Of a stretch of 54,532 bases of DNA, positions 1-9,227 are shown in pieces (position 1 is the stretch's first letter; every line of letters starts with the position of its first letter). Location: the NCBI GenBank assembly GCA_030615855.1, contig JAUWYL010000006.1, positions 1 to 54,532 of the forward strand. Direction: 5' to 3'. The notes under the pieces were generated by a model. It did not search any database. It was given only the letters and a program-made list of their open reading frames with translations, and was not told the DNA's origin. This DNA comes from a bacterium. GTDB taxonomy: Bacteria > UBP18 > UBA7526. Both the position numbers and the translations under genes were made by a program.

Positions 1-188
1 GTTGTAGGGAATGCAAGAAGACCTTGGCCAACATCTTAATAGATGCCCTCTCTGACCTCCATAAGAAGAGGAAAGAACTTTTAGAAAACCCGGAAAGAAT
101 CGATAAGATTCTGGAAAAGGGAAGAAAAAAAGCAAGTAAAGTCGCCAAGCAAACCTTGGAAGAAGTAAAGAGGGTAATGGGTATCTAA
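1..188 (+). CDS. trpS: Tryptophanyl-tRNA synthetase, C-terminal fragment (partial at window edge)
   Basis: Frame from position 3 reads CRECKKTLANILIDALSDLHKKRKELLENPERIDKILEKGRKKASKVAKQTLEEVKRVMGI*, typical of the TrpS C-terminus; trpS-scpA-scpB is a common gene order. Confidence 0.8.
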   Translation, partial: CRECKKTLANILIDALSDLHKKRKELLENPERIDKILEKGRKKASKVAKQTLEEVKRVMGI

Positions 189-199
189 CAACTGTTAGT

Positions 200-273
200 A
201 GTCCAAGGTCCTAAGTCCTAGGTCCCAAGTTGTCAAATAATTGACCTTGGACGTTGGACATCGGACTTCGGAC
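200..273. repeat. Inverted array of 7-nt repeats (GTCCNAG-like, then TTGGACN-like)
   Basis: gtccaaggtcctaagtcctaggtcccaag followed by gaccttggacgttggacatcggacttcggac. Confidence 0.75.
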
Positions 274-303
274 AATTCCAATCTACCTTTAAGGAGTAAT
301 AAG

Positions 304-1005
304 TTGGCATATCATGTTAAGTTAGAGGCCTATGAAGGGCCCCTGGATTTACTCCTCTATCTGATTAAAAAGGAAGAGGTAGACATCTGGGATATACCTA
401 TCGCCCAGATTGCGGGAGAATATTTAGGATACATCAACATGATGAAGCTACTGGACTTAGATGTAATAGGTGAATTCTTGGTCATGGCCTCAACATTAAT
501 GAAGATAAAGTCGCGGATGCTCCTTCCCCAAGAAGAAGAGGCAATAGAGGAGGAGATTGAGGATCCTCGCTCAGAATTAATAGAGCAGCTCTTAGAATAT
601 GAGATGTATAAGGAAAGGGCAAAGACCTTGGCAGAAAAGGAAGAGGCACAATCCAAGCTCTTCGCCCGTCCGGAAGCTGAAATTCCTTCTTCTCAACCGA
701 CCTTCGAGGCCAGCCTCTTCGATCTTCTGACCGCCTTCCGCAATGTGTTAAAAGAGAAGGCTCCCGAGATCGTAAGAGAGATCGAGCCTTTTAAAATCAC
801 CTTAGAAGAAAAGGTGGAAGAGATTCTTAAAAGATTAGAGAGCAAAGAGAAGATTAGTTTCTCTTTACTCTTTAAAGAGTGTCTATCGAAGGGGGAGCTC
901 ATCGTTACCTTCTTAGCCCTCCTGGAACTCATAAAGCAAAAGAGGGTGAGGATTCGCCAACCAAAACTCTTCGGCGAAATTGCCGTATATCGTGCTCCGG
1001 CTTAG
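304..1005 (+). CDS. scpA: Segregation and condensation protein A
   Basis: YEGPLDLLLYLI, EFLVMASTLMKIKSRMLLP and IVTFLALLEL motifs; probable TTG start at 304 after AAGGAG. Confidence 0.93.
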   Translation: MAYHVKLEAYEGPLDLLLYLIKKEEVDIWDIPIAQIAGEYLGYINMMKLLDLDVIGEFLVMASTLMKIKSRMLLPQEEEAIEEEIEDPRSELIEQLLEYEMYKERAKTLAEKEEAQSKLFARPEAEIPSSQPTFEASLFDLLTAFRNVLKEKAPEIVREIEPFKITLEEKVEEILKRLESKEKISFSLLFKECLSKGELIVTFLALLELIKQKRVRIRQPKLFGEIAVYRAPA

Positions 1006-1009
1006 GAAT

Positions 1010-1582
1010 ATGGAGAGAGAGAAGATTAAATTAATCGTTGAAGCCCTGCTCTTTACCTCTCACGAGCCACTCAGCGAAAAGAGACTGGCCGAAGTTCTGG
1101 AGGGAATAGATAAAAAATCTTTGAGAAATACCTTAGAAGAACTGAGAAGGGAGTATCAAGAGAAGGAAAATTTAGAGATAAGAGAGGTAGCTGGAGGATA
1201 TCAGATCTTCACCCGTCAAGATTATGCTCCTTGGATAGAGAAATTACATAGGACGCGACCCACCAGGCTCTCCCGGGCAGCTTTAGAGACCTTGGCTATG
1301 GTGGCCTATAATCAGCCCGTCATTAGGGTAGAGATTGAGTCCGTTCGGGGAGTAGATACCAGCGGGGTGCTTCATACCCTACTCGAGAAGAACCTGATCA
1401 AGATACTAGGGAGAAAGAAGGTTATTGGCCGGCCGCTCTTATATGGCGTCACAGATGATTTCTTAAAGTACTTTGGTCTGAAAGATATTAATGAATTGCC
1501 CAGCCTCAAAGAAATAAGAGAATTAGTTCCGGAAAAGGAGGAGACTGATGAAGAAGTTAAAGAATCTGAGGAAGAGAATTGA
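1010..1582 (+). CDS. scpB: Segregation and condensation protein B
   Basis: IVEALLF, LSRAALETLAMVAYNQPVIRVEIESVRGV and GRPLLYGVT motifs; ATG at 1010. Confidence 0.95.
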   Translation: MEREKIKLIVEALLFTSHEPLSEKRLAEVLEGIDKKSLRNTLEELRREYQEKENLEIREVAGGYQIFTRQDYAPWIEKLHRTRPTRLSRAALETLAMVAYNQPVIRVEIESVRGVDTSGVLHTLLEKNLIKILGRKKVIGRPLLYGVTDDFLKYFGLKDINELPSLKEIRELVPEKEETDEEVKESEEEN

Positions 1583-2612
1583 TGAAATCGATGGTCAGAT
1601 ATTAGAACTTCTCAATAAAAGGGCAAGAACCACCTTGGGGATTGCCAAGGTGAAGAAGGGGGAGGGAATGGAATACTATCTCCCCCATCGGGAAGAAGAA
1701 ATCTATAAGAGATTGAAGAAAAAAAATAAAGGGCCCTTTCCCAATAAGGCTCTGGGGGAAGTATATCGGGAGATTATATCAGGTAGCCTCTCTTTAGAGA
1801 AACCTTTGAGAATCGCCTATCTTGGACCGGAGGCCACCTTCACTCATTTAGCGAGTATGCAAAAGTTCGGTTCCTCTCCTACCTACCTTCCGGCAAAATC
1901 CATCGCAGATGTCTTCAGTGAGGTAGAAAGGGGAAGGGCGGACTACGGAGTGGTTCCCATTGAAAACTCAACAGAGGGGGTAATCAACTATACCCTGGAT
2001 ATGTTCATCGATTCTGACTTAAAGATCGTCTCTGAAATCCTCTTAGAGATTTCACATAACCTTCTTTCAAGAAGCAGGTTGAAAGATATCAAGAAGATCT
2101 ATTCTCATCCCCAAGCCATCGCCCAATCGAGGAACTGGGTGGAAAGCAACCTGCCCAATACCAAGATAATTGAGGTCTCCTCTACCGCCCGGGCGGCGGC
2201 TCGAGCGGCTAAGGAAAAAAATTCTGGTGCCATTGCTTCGGAGTTAGCGGCCAAACTATATAATCTAAAGATTGTCGCCTCCCGCATTGAGGATACTAAG
2301 GAGAATGTTACCCGCTTCTTAGTCATCGGCAAAACCATTAGCAGGAGAACGGGAAGGGATAAGACCTCAATCATGTTCTCCATTAAGGATAGGCCGGGAG
2401 CCTTACATGATATGCTTCGCCCCTTTGCCAAAGAGAAGATTAACTTAACCAAGATAGAATCCCGGCCCTCGAAGAAGAAGGCCTGGGACTATTATTTCTT
2501 TGTCGATTTCCAGGGACACGTTGGGGATAAGAAGGTGAAGAAGGCCTTGAAGGAATTGGAGAGGGGGTGTCTCTTCCTAAAGATTCTGGGCGCTTATCCC
2601 ATAGCCAGGTAA
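1548..2612 (+). CDS. pheA: Chorismate mutase/prephenate dehydratase (P-protein)
   Basis: N-terminal LRKRIDEID chorismate mutase domain; GVVPIENSTEG, NVTRF, ACT domain NLTKIESRP. Confidence 0.95.
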   Translation: MKKLKNLRKRIDEIDGQILELLNKRARTTLGIAKVKKGEGMEYYLPHREEEIYKRLKKKNKGPFPNKALGEVYREIISGSLSLEKPLRIAYLGPEATFTHLASMQKFGSSPTYLPAKSIADVFSEVERGRADYGVVPIENSTEGVINYTLDMFIDSDLKIVSEILLEISHNLLSRSRLKDIKKIYSHPQAIAQSRNWVESNLPNTKIIEVSSTARAAARAAKEKNSGAIASELAAKLYNLKIVASRIEDTKENVTRFLVIGKTISRRTGRDKTSIMFSIKDRPGALHDMLRPFAKEKINLTKIESRPSKKKAWDYYFFVDFQGHVGDKKVKKALKELERGCLFLKILGAYPIAR

Positions 2613-2626
2613 AAGCAGAAGGGAAT

Positions 2627-2700
2627 AAGTTAACAAGGGAACAAGTTAACAAGGAAACAAAAAACTTATCAACTTGTCAACTAGTCAACTTGTTAACTGA
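2627..2700. repeat. Inverted array of 8-nt repeats (AAGTTAAC / AACTTGTC)
   Basis: aagttaacaagggaacaagttaacaagg followed by aacttatcaacttgtcaactagtcaacttgttaact; related to 49050-49126 in reverse complement. Confidence 0.75.
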
Positions 2701-2726
2701 CTTCAAGTTTTAAGGAGTAAATTAGG

Positions 2727-3827
2727 ATGAAGAGATTGACACGTAAGTCTATCTTAAAGATAAGGATCTATAAGCCAGGGAAACCGATTGAAGAAGTGAA
2801 AAGAGAACTGGGCCTAAGGGAGATTATCAAACTGGCCTCAAATGAGAATACTCTGGGCCCCTCTTCCCGAACACTAAAGGCCTTAAGAGATTACTTGCCC
2901 AAGATATATCTCTATCCTGAAGACTCCTGTTTCTACCTGAAAAGAGAATTGGCCAAGAGATTGAAAGTAAGAATGGAGAATTTCATCATGGGCAATGGCT
3001 CGGACGAGATCATGGAACTAATTTCCAAGACCTTCTTAAACCCTGGGGAGGAGGTAATCTACGGTCACCCCTCCTTCCTAATCTATGAGATCGTAACCAG
3101 AATCATGGGTGGGAGGCCAGTTCCTGTTCCCCTTAAGGATTATGCCTATGATCTAAAGGGAATACTAAAGGCCATTACTAAAAAGACCAAGATAATCTTC
3201 ATCTGCAATCCAAACAATCCTACGGGAACCATGGTCGGCGAAAAAGAGCTTAAGGCATTCCTGAAGAGGGTGCCTGGGAGAATCATTGTGGTTCTCGATG
3301 AGGCCTACAAAGACTACGTAGAGAGGAGGGATTTTCCGGATGGCATTAGATTATTGAAGAAGAATAGAAATATTATTATCCTGCGCACCTTTGCTAAGAT
3401 CTATGGTCTGGCGGGCCTGAGGATTGGCTATGGCATTGCCCGAAAAGAGGTAATCGACCTCCTTTCTAAAGTACGCCTCCCCTTCAATGTCAATTCCCTT
3501 GCCCAGGCAGCTGCCTTAGCAAGTCTTAGGGATAAAGAACAGGTGAAAAGGACAAGGAGGATGAACGCCTTAGGAAAGAGGTTTCTCTATGCTGCTTTCC
3601 AGGATCTGGGTCTGGAGTACGTCCCTACTCAGGCCAACTTCATTCTCATAAATCTAAGAAGAAATGGTAAAAGAATCTGTCGGGCATTATTAAAGAAAGG
3701 GATTATTGTGCGGGAGATGAGTGCCTGGGGACTGAATAATTACATAAGGGTGACCATTGGAAGAGAAGAAGAGAATAAAAGATTTATTCAGATCTTAAAG
3801 AAAGCGTTAAAAGGAGGTAGGAAATGA
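2727..3827 (+). CDS. hisC: Histidinol-phosphate / aromatic aminotransferase
   Basis: [25 protein letters not shown] and [19 protein letters not shown] motifs. Confidence 0.93.
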   Translation: MKRLTRKSILKIRIYKPGKPIEEVKRELGLREIIKLASNENTLGPSSRTLKALRDYLPKIYLYPEDSCFYLKRELAKRLKVRMENFIMGNGSDEIMELISKTFLNPGEEVIYGHPSFLIYEIVTRIMGGRPVPVPLKDYAYDLKGILKAITKKTKIIFICNPNNPTGTMVGEKELKAFLKRVPGRIIVVLDEAYKDYVERRDFPDGIRLLKKNRNIIILRTFAKIYGLAGLRIGYGIARKEVIDLLSKVRLPFNVNSLAQAAALASLRDKEQVKRTRRMNALGKRFLYAAFQDLGLEYVPTQANFILINLRRNGKRICRALLKKGIIVREMSAWGLNNYIRVTIGREEENKRFIQILKKALKGGRK

Positions 3828-4840
3828 TTCTTACTCTTAAACCGGGAACAAAGAAGAAGGAGATAGATAAGGTAGTTTTCAAAATAAAGCAATCGGGATT
3901 CTCTGCTCATATTTCTAAGGGAAGGGAAAGAACAATCATCGGGGTTGTCGGTGCCAATGCTATCCGTGCCCGGGAGATATTTGAGGCCCTCCCTGCAGTG
4001 GAATTTATCACTCCCATCTCCAAGCCCTACAAGCTCGTCTCCCGAGAGTTTAAGAGGGAGAATACCATTATCCCCATAAAGGATGGGGTGAAGATCGGGG
4101 GAAAGAGAGTAGTAATTATGGCCGGACCCTGTGCTGTTGAGGAGAAGAAACTTTTAATCTCCATCGCCAAGAAAGTTAAGGAAGCGGGAGCAACAGTATT
4201 AAGAGGAGGGGCCTTTAAGCCCCGGACCTCTCCCTACTCCTTTCAAGGATTGGGGAAGAAAGGATTAGAATACTTGAAAGCGGCGAGAGAGGAGACGGGC
4301 CTGGCCATCCTCACTGAGGTCATGGATACCAAGGATGTAGAACTGGTAGCAAAATGTGCGGACATCATCCAGATCGGAGCGAGGAGTATGCAGAACTTCA
4401 ACCTCTTAAAGGAAGTGGGGAAGTGCCAGAAGCCCGTTCTCTTGAAGAGGGGAATGGCGGCCACTTTAACCGAGCTCTTCATGAGCGCCGAGTACATCCT
4501 ATCCAGTGGGAATAAGGAAGTAATTTTATGTGAGCGGGGAATAAGGACCTTCGAGGATGCTACTAGGTATACAGTAGATATTAGTGCCATTGGTTTAGTA
4601 AAGGAGCTAAGCCATTTGCCCATCATTGTTGATCCCAGTCATGCTACTGGAAAGAGGGAATTGATCGCTCCAGTTTCAAGGGCAGCAGTGGCGGCCGGGG
4701 CAGATGGCTTACTCATTGAGGTCCATACCCATCCCGAGGAGGCCCTCTCTGATGGTGCCCAGAGCCTATTGCCCAAGGACTTTAAAAGGCTAATGAAGGA
4801 ACTGGGAAGAATAGCAGAGGCCGTAGGAAGGAGCATCTGA
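3824..4840 (+). CDS. aroF: 3-deoxy-7-phosphoheptulonate (DAHP) synthase, type I-beta
   Basis: [36 protein letters not shown] and DPSHATG motifs. Confidence 0.95.
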   Translation: MILTLKPGTKKKEIDKVVFKIKQSGFSAHISKGRERTIIGVVGANAIRAREIFEALPAVEFITPISKPYKLVSREFKRENTIIPIKDGVKIGGKRVVIMAGPCAVEEKKLLISIAKKVKEAGATVLRGGAFKPRTSPYSFQGLGKKGLEYLKAAREETGLAILTEVMDTKDVELVAKCADIIQIGARSMQNFNLLKEVGKCQKPVLLKRGMAATLTELFMSAEYILSSGNKEVILCERGIRTFEDATRYTVDISAIGLVKELSHLPIIVDPSHATGKRELIAPVSRAAVAAGADGLLIEVHTHPEEALSDGAQSLLPKDFKRLMKELGRIAEAVGRSI

Positions 4841-4869
4841 ATTAACTTGACCCTTACATCCTTAGTCCT

Positions 4870-4985
4870 TCGTTATACGTTAAAGGGTTGCGCCTCTCGT
4901 TTCGGTTGTTGTTGAACGTTGTTCTTAAAAAACACGCAACCGATGAACGTAAGACGATACGAGCTTCGTAACCGATAAACGATTG
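4870..4985. repeat. Dispersed intergenic element sharing both ends with 31864-32025
   Basis: Left motif tcgttatacgtt(a/g)aagggtt(g/a)cg and right motif gat(a/g)cg(a/g)gcttcgtaaccg occur at both loci. Confidence 0.7.
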
Positions 4986-5006
4986 ACAAATTTCTGAGGA
5001 AAGAAT

Positions 5007-5849
5007 ATGAATAAGCTGAATAGAGTAACTATTATTGGGGTGGGTCTTATTGGTGGCTCTTTAGGGTTGGCACTCAAAGAGAAGAGAATTGCCAAGAGAA
5101 TAATTGGCGTGGGGAGGAGAGAGGAATCCTTAAAGATTGCCCTGGAGAGAGGAGAAGTAGATGAGACAACCACAGACCTCATATCTGGCGTGAAGGATGT
5201 TAACCTAGTGGTGATTGCCACTCCTCTTGAGCTTACCGTAGAAACCTTTGAGAAGATCATTCCCCATCTGAAAAAAGGGTGTGTGGTAACTGATGTGGGG
5301 AGTGTGAAAGGACCCATCCTTGAGAGAATAGATAACCCTCTCTTCATCGGTGGCCATCCCTTAGCAGGGAGTGAGAGGAGGGGACCCCAGGCAGCGAGAG
5401 TCGATCTCTTCAGGGAGGCTACGGTCGTCTTAACTCCAGTCGAGAAAACGGACGAGAAGGCGCTGGCCCTGGTGAAGGGTATGTGGCAGGACTTGGGCAC
5501 AAAGGTCTTATTTCTTTCACCTGAAGTACATGATGAACTGGTAGCCTTTACCAGCCACCTTCCCCATATCTTGGCCACCTCTCTTACCAACCTAATCCGG
5601 GAAATAGCAGAGAAGGAGGAGAGGATCCTCTCTTTAATGGGAGAGGGTTTCCGGGATACCACAAGAATCGCTGCCAGTCCCCCCAGTATGTGGAAGGAGA
5701 TCTGTCTCGCCAATAAAGAAAGGGTTCTCTCAGCGATCAAGAGATTTAAAGTGGTCCTCTCTGAGATGGAAGAGGCCCTCTCCAAGGGGGAGGGGGATGA
5801 GCTCTTGCACAGGTTTGAGAAGGCAAAAGAGACAAGGGATAAACTGTGA
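5007..5849 (+). CDS. tyrA: Prephenate/arogenate dehydrogenase
   Basis: IIGVGLIGGS Rossmann motif, TDVGSVK, GGHPLAGSE, SHLPH, FRDTTRIA. Confidence 0.93.
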   Translation: MNKLNRVTIIGVGLIGGSLGLALKEKRIAKRIIGVGRREESLKIALERGEVDETTTDLISGVKDVNLVVIATPLELTVETFEKIIPHLKKGCVVTDVGSVKGPILERIDNPLFIGGHPLAGSERRGPQAARVDLFREATVVLTPVEKTDEKALALVKGMWQDLGTKVLFLSPEVHDELVAFTSHLPHILATSLTNLIREIAEKEERILSLMGEGFRDTTRIAASPPSMWKEICLANKERVLSAIKRFKVVLSEMEEALSKGEGDELLHRFEKAKETRDKL

Positions 5850-7126
5850 GTGAGATCAGGGTCAAGCCGGTTAGATGTCTAAAGGGTGAGATCTCCCTTC
5901 CTGGCGATAAGTCTATCTCCCACCGGGCCATCATGCTCGCTTCCCTGGCAAGGGGGAAAACCTCAGTCTCCGGGATCTCAAAAGGAGAGGATATTCTAAA
6001 GACTGTTCATGCCTTTCAATCTATGGGGATTGAGATTCAAGGACTGGGAAGCGATTCTCTCACCATTCAGGGAAAGGGGTTAAGAGGGTTATCCCCACCA
6101 AGGGATATCATAGACTGCGGAAACTCGGGTACCACTATGCGCCTCCTCTCTGGCATCCTGGCTGCCCAAAATTTCTCTTCCACCATCACAGGAGATGAGT
6201 CTTTAAGAAAGAGGCCCATGGATCGGATAGTGGAGCCCTTAGAGAGAATGGGAGCCAGGATAGACGGAAAATTTGCTCCTCTTAAAATAGAAGGAAAAAG
6301 GTTAAAGGCCGTCTCCTATCGAATCCCTATCCCCAGTGCCCAGGTGAAGTCCTGTATCCTTTTGGCTGGTCTTTATGCTCAAGGGAAGACAGAGGTCATA
6401 GAGCCCGCAAGATCGAGGGATCATACAGAAAGGATACTCAAGTATCTGGAAGCAGATATAGAAGTCAGGGATTTGACAGTGAGTATAACTGGAGAAAAGG
6501 AATTAATTGCCAAACCGATTAATATTCCTGGCGATATTTCAAGCGCCTCCTTCTTTATAGTAGGCGCTATTTTTCTACCCGGTTCTCATATTAGGCTCTC
6601 TGGGGTAGGCTTCAATCCCACCCGCATGGGAATAATAGATATATTAAAGGAGATGGGAGCAGAGATAGAGATAGAGAATTTAAGGAAGGCGAATAATGAG
6701 CCCCGAGGAGACGTGGTAGCCCGGGGAAGTCGATTAAAGGGAATAACCATCGGTGGAGAGATGATCCCCAGGGTCATCGACGAGCTTCCCCTTCTGGCCC
6801 TTGCTGCTACAAAGGCAGAAGGAGAGACGATAATAAAGGATGCCCAGGAGTTGAGGGTAAAGGAGACGGACAGGATCCGGGCCTTAAGCATTAACCTTTC
6901 TAAGATGGGAGTGGAGGTAGAGGAGAGAAAAGATGGCCTCATCATTCAGGGATCTTGCCAGCTGAAGGGAGCAAAGGTAGATAGCTTCGGGGATCATCGG
7001 ATGGCCATGGCTTTGGTCATGGCTGGATTGATTGCTAAGGGAGAGACGATCATCTCTGACACAGAATGTATTAAGACCTCCTTTCCAGAGTTTGAGGCGA
7101 TCTTAGAAAGATTAAAAGTGGTATGA
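5846..7126 (+). CDS. aroA: 3-phosphoshikimate 1-carboxyvinyltransferase (EPSP synthase)
   Basis: PGDKSISHRA, DCGNSGTTMRL, SAQVKS, RDHTE, LRVKETDRI, DHRMAM. Confidence 0.97.
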   Translation: MSEIRVKPVRCLKGEISLPGDKSISHRAIMLASLARGKTSVSGISKGEDILKTVHAFQSMGIEIQGLGSDSLTIQGKGLRGLSPPRDIIDCGNSGTTMRLLSGILAAQNFSSTITGDESLRKRPMDRIVEPLERMGARIDGKFAPLKIEGKRLKAVSYRIPIPSAQVKSCILLAGLYAQGKTEVIEPARSRDHTERILKYLEADIEVRDLTVSITGEKELIAKPINIPGDISSASFFIVGAIFLPGSHIRLSGVGFNPTRMGIIDILKEMGAEIEIENLRKANNEPRGDVVARGSRLKGITIGGEMIPRVIDELPLLALAATKAEGETIIKDAQELRVKETDRIRALSINLSKMGVEVEERKDGLIIQGSCQLKGAKVDSFGDHRMAMALVMAGLIAKGETIISDTECIKTSFPEFEAILERLKVV

Positions 7127-8403
7127 GAAGATTAACCGTCACCATCGATGGTCCAGCAGGTGCCGGAAAGAGCACCTTAGCGAAATTGATAGCCAGGAGG
7201 CTGGGTTACTCCTATCTGGAGAGTGGCCTCCTTTATCGCGCCCTCACCTATGAGGCGCTAAAGAGAAAAATCGACCTTGAAGATGAGAAGACCTTGATAA
7301 GATTGGCCTCTGAGATAAAGATAGAGATTAAAGAAGTAGGGGGGAAATGGCGTATCTTTCTAAATGGTGACGATATCTCAGAGAAAATAAAGACTCCCGA
7401 GGTGGATGAGAAGGTGGCCAGAATAGGGAAAATAACGGGGGTGAGGAAGGAGTTTCTATTATTTCAGAGGAAGATGGCAAGAAGGGGAGGGATTGTTGTA
7501 GAGGGAAGGGATATCGGAACTGTGGTCCTTCCCCGAGCAGATAAGAAGTTCTACATAGATGCCTCCTTAGAAGAGCGGGCAAATAGGAAGTGCAAGGAAC
7601 TGAAAGAAAAGGGCTATGAGGTTCCCCTCTCTAAAGTCTTAAGAGAGACGAGAGAGAGGGACCTGGCGGATATGACAAGAAAGGCCGGCCCCTTGAAAAA
7701 GGCAGCCGATGCCATTAGGATCGATACCACAGATCTCACCGTTGAAGAAGAAGTAGCGGCGGTTTTAAGAGTAATAAGAAAGAGAAGGAAGAAGTGGATT
7801 CTCTATACCATTCTCCACTTCATAGGAAGGTTACTCTTCAAACTCCTCTTCAGAATAGAGGTCAGAGGAAGAGAGAATATACCAAGAAAGGGACCACTCA
7901 TTATCGCCTCCAATCACTTAAGCTTCTTAGATCCTCCACTGGTGGGCGTTTCCTCTCCCAGAAGGCTCCATTATATGGCGGTAGTAGAGACCTTCAAATT
8001 TTTCTTCATCGGTAATCTAACAAGAAGGCTGGGTGCCTTTCCGGTAAAGAGAAGGGGAGCGGACATAGAGGCCACAAAAAAGGCCCTAAGGATCTTAAGG
8101 AACAGAGAAGCCATGCTCATCTTCATTGAGGGGACGAGGAGTCCAAGCGGTGAATTGCTCGAACCAAAACCAGGGGCAGGAATGCTCGCCTATAGATCAG
8201 AAGCAACGATAATCCCCGCCCTCATCGTTGGTTCCCATCGCGCCCTTCCCTTCAAGGGCAGGTTCATTCGACCAAGGAAGATAAAGGTTTCTTTTGGCCG
8301 GCCTTTGACCATTGAGAGATTCTCTCACCTCAGGCCCAAGGAGGTCTATCGGGCAATAAGTAGTGAGATCATGAATAGAATAAGGGAAATGCAAAGGGAA
8401 TGA
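7123..8403 (+). CDS. cmk: Fused cytidylate kinase / 1-acyl-sn-glycerol-3-phosphate acyltransferase
   Basis: N-half IDGPAGAGKST and EGRDIGTVV (Cmk); C-half ASNHLSFLDP and FIEGTRS (PlsC-type acyltransferase); one continuous frame. Confidence 0.9.
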   Translation: MRRLTVTIDGPAGAGKSTLAKLIARRLGYSYLESGLLYRALTYEALKRKIDLEDEKTLIRLASEIKIEIKEVGGKWRIFLNGDDISEKIKTPEVDEKVARIGKITGVRKEFLLFQRKMARRGGIVVEGRDIGTVVLPRADKKFYIDASLEERANRKCKELKEKGYEVPLSKVLRETRERDLADMTRKAGPLKKAADAIRIDTTDLTVEEEVAAVLRVIRKRRKKWILYTILHFIGRLLFKLLFRIEVRGRENIPRKGPLIIASNHLSFLDPPLVGVSSPRRLHYMAVVETFKFFFIGNLTRRLGAFPVKRRGADIEATKKALRILRNREAMLIFIEGTRSPSGELLEPKPGAGMLAYRSEATIIPALIVGSHRALPFKGRFIRPRKIKVSFGRPLTIERFSHLRPKEVYRAISSEIMNRIREMQRE

Positions 8404-9227
8404 GAGTGATCGTTGCCAGGGGATCAGGTTTCTGTTTTGGAGTGAAGAGAGCCCTGGAGATAGTAGAGAAGGCACTTGGGGAAGAGAAGGGCCCCTTCTA
8501 TACCCTGGGCCCTTTGATCCACAATCCCCAGGTAGTAGATAGACTATCCCGAAAGGGGCTTAAGGTAATAGATAATTTAAAGGGAATTAAAGAAGGAACT
8601 CTTATCATTCGTTCTCATGGGCTACCCACTGCCACTATTGAACTGGCTAAGAAGAAGGGATTGAAGATTATCGATACTACCTGCCCTTATGTAAAGCGTG
8701 CTCAGGAAAAGGCAAAGGAGTTAGAATCAAAGGGTTATCAACTAGTAATTGTAGGCGACAGGGGCCATCCAGAGGTAAAAAGCATGGCCTCGGAAAAGAG
8801 CATCGTTCTCCAGAGGCCTTTCCAGGTAGAGAAGATGGAGTCTTACTCCAGAATTGGGGTAGTAGCCCAGACCACCCAATCCTTGGAGAATTTCAAAGGG
8901 ATTGTCAAAAAATTGAGAAGTAGAACAAAGGAACTCAAGGGCTATGCCACCATCTGTAATGCAGTATCCAGACAACAGCGCTCCACCAGAAAGTTAGCCC
9001 GAGAGGCGGATCTTATGCTCGTTGTCGGGGGGAGGGATAGTGCTAATACCAAAAGACTCTTCCAAATCAGCGAAAGATTGACCAATGCCCATCATATCGA
9101 GAAAGCATCCGAAATAGATTTCAGATGGCTAGGAAATAAAAAAATAGTCGGGATTAGTGCTGGGGCCTCAACCCCAAAATGGCTAATAGATGAGGTGGCG
9201 AGAAAGGTCAAGGGTTATGGCAACTAA
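8400..9227 (+). CDS. ispH: 4-hydroxy-3-methylbut-2-enyl diphosphate reductase
   Basis: GFCFGVKRA, LIHNPQVV, IRSHG, TTCPYV, HPEV, AQTT, TICNA, SAGASTP. Confidence 0.95.
   Translation: MRVIVARGSGFCFGVKRALEIVEKALGEEKGPFYTLGPLIHNPQVVDRLSRKGLKVIDNLKGIKEGTLIIRSHGLPTATIELAKKKGLKIIDTTCPYVKRAQEKAKELESKGYQLVIVGDRGHPEVKSMASEKSIVLQRPFQVEKMESYSRIGVVAQTTQSLENFKGIVKKLRSRTKELKGYATICNAVSRQQRSTRKLAREADLMLVVGGRDSANTKRLFQISERLTNAHHIEKASEIDFRWLGNKKIVGISAGASTPKWLIDEVARKVKGYGN

Noticed and set aside
241-303. N-terminal extensions of ORF-track calls (scpA, also 25203, 29471, 42695)
   Set aside because: They run through repeat or promoter DNA; downstream starts fit the family N-termini better
4925-5785. 286-aa - strand ORF, and the many other short antisense ORFs in the track
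   Set aside because: Shadow frames of well-supported genes such as tyrA; no recognisable motifs
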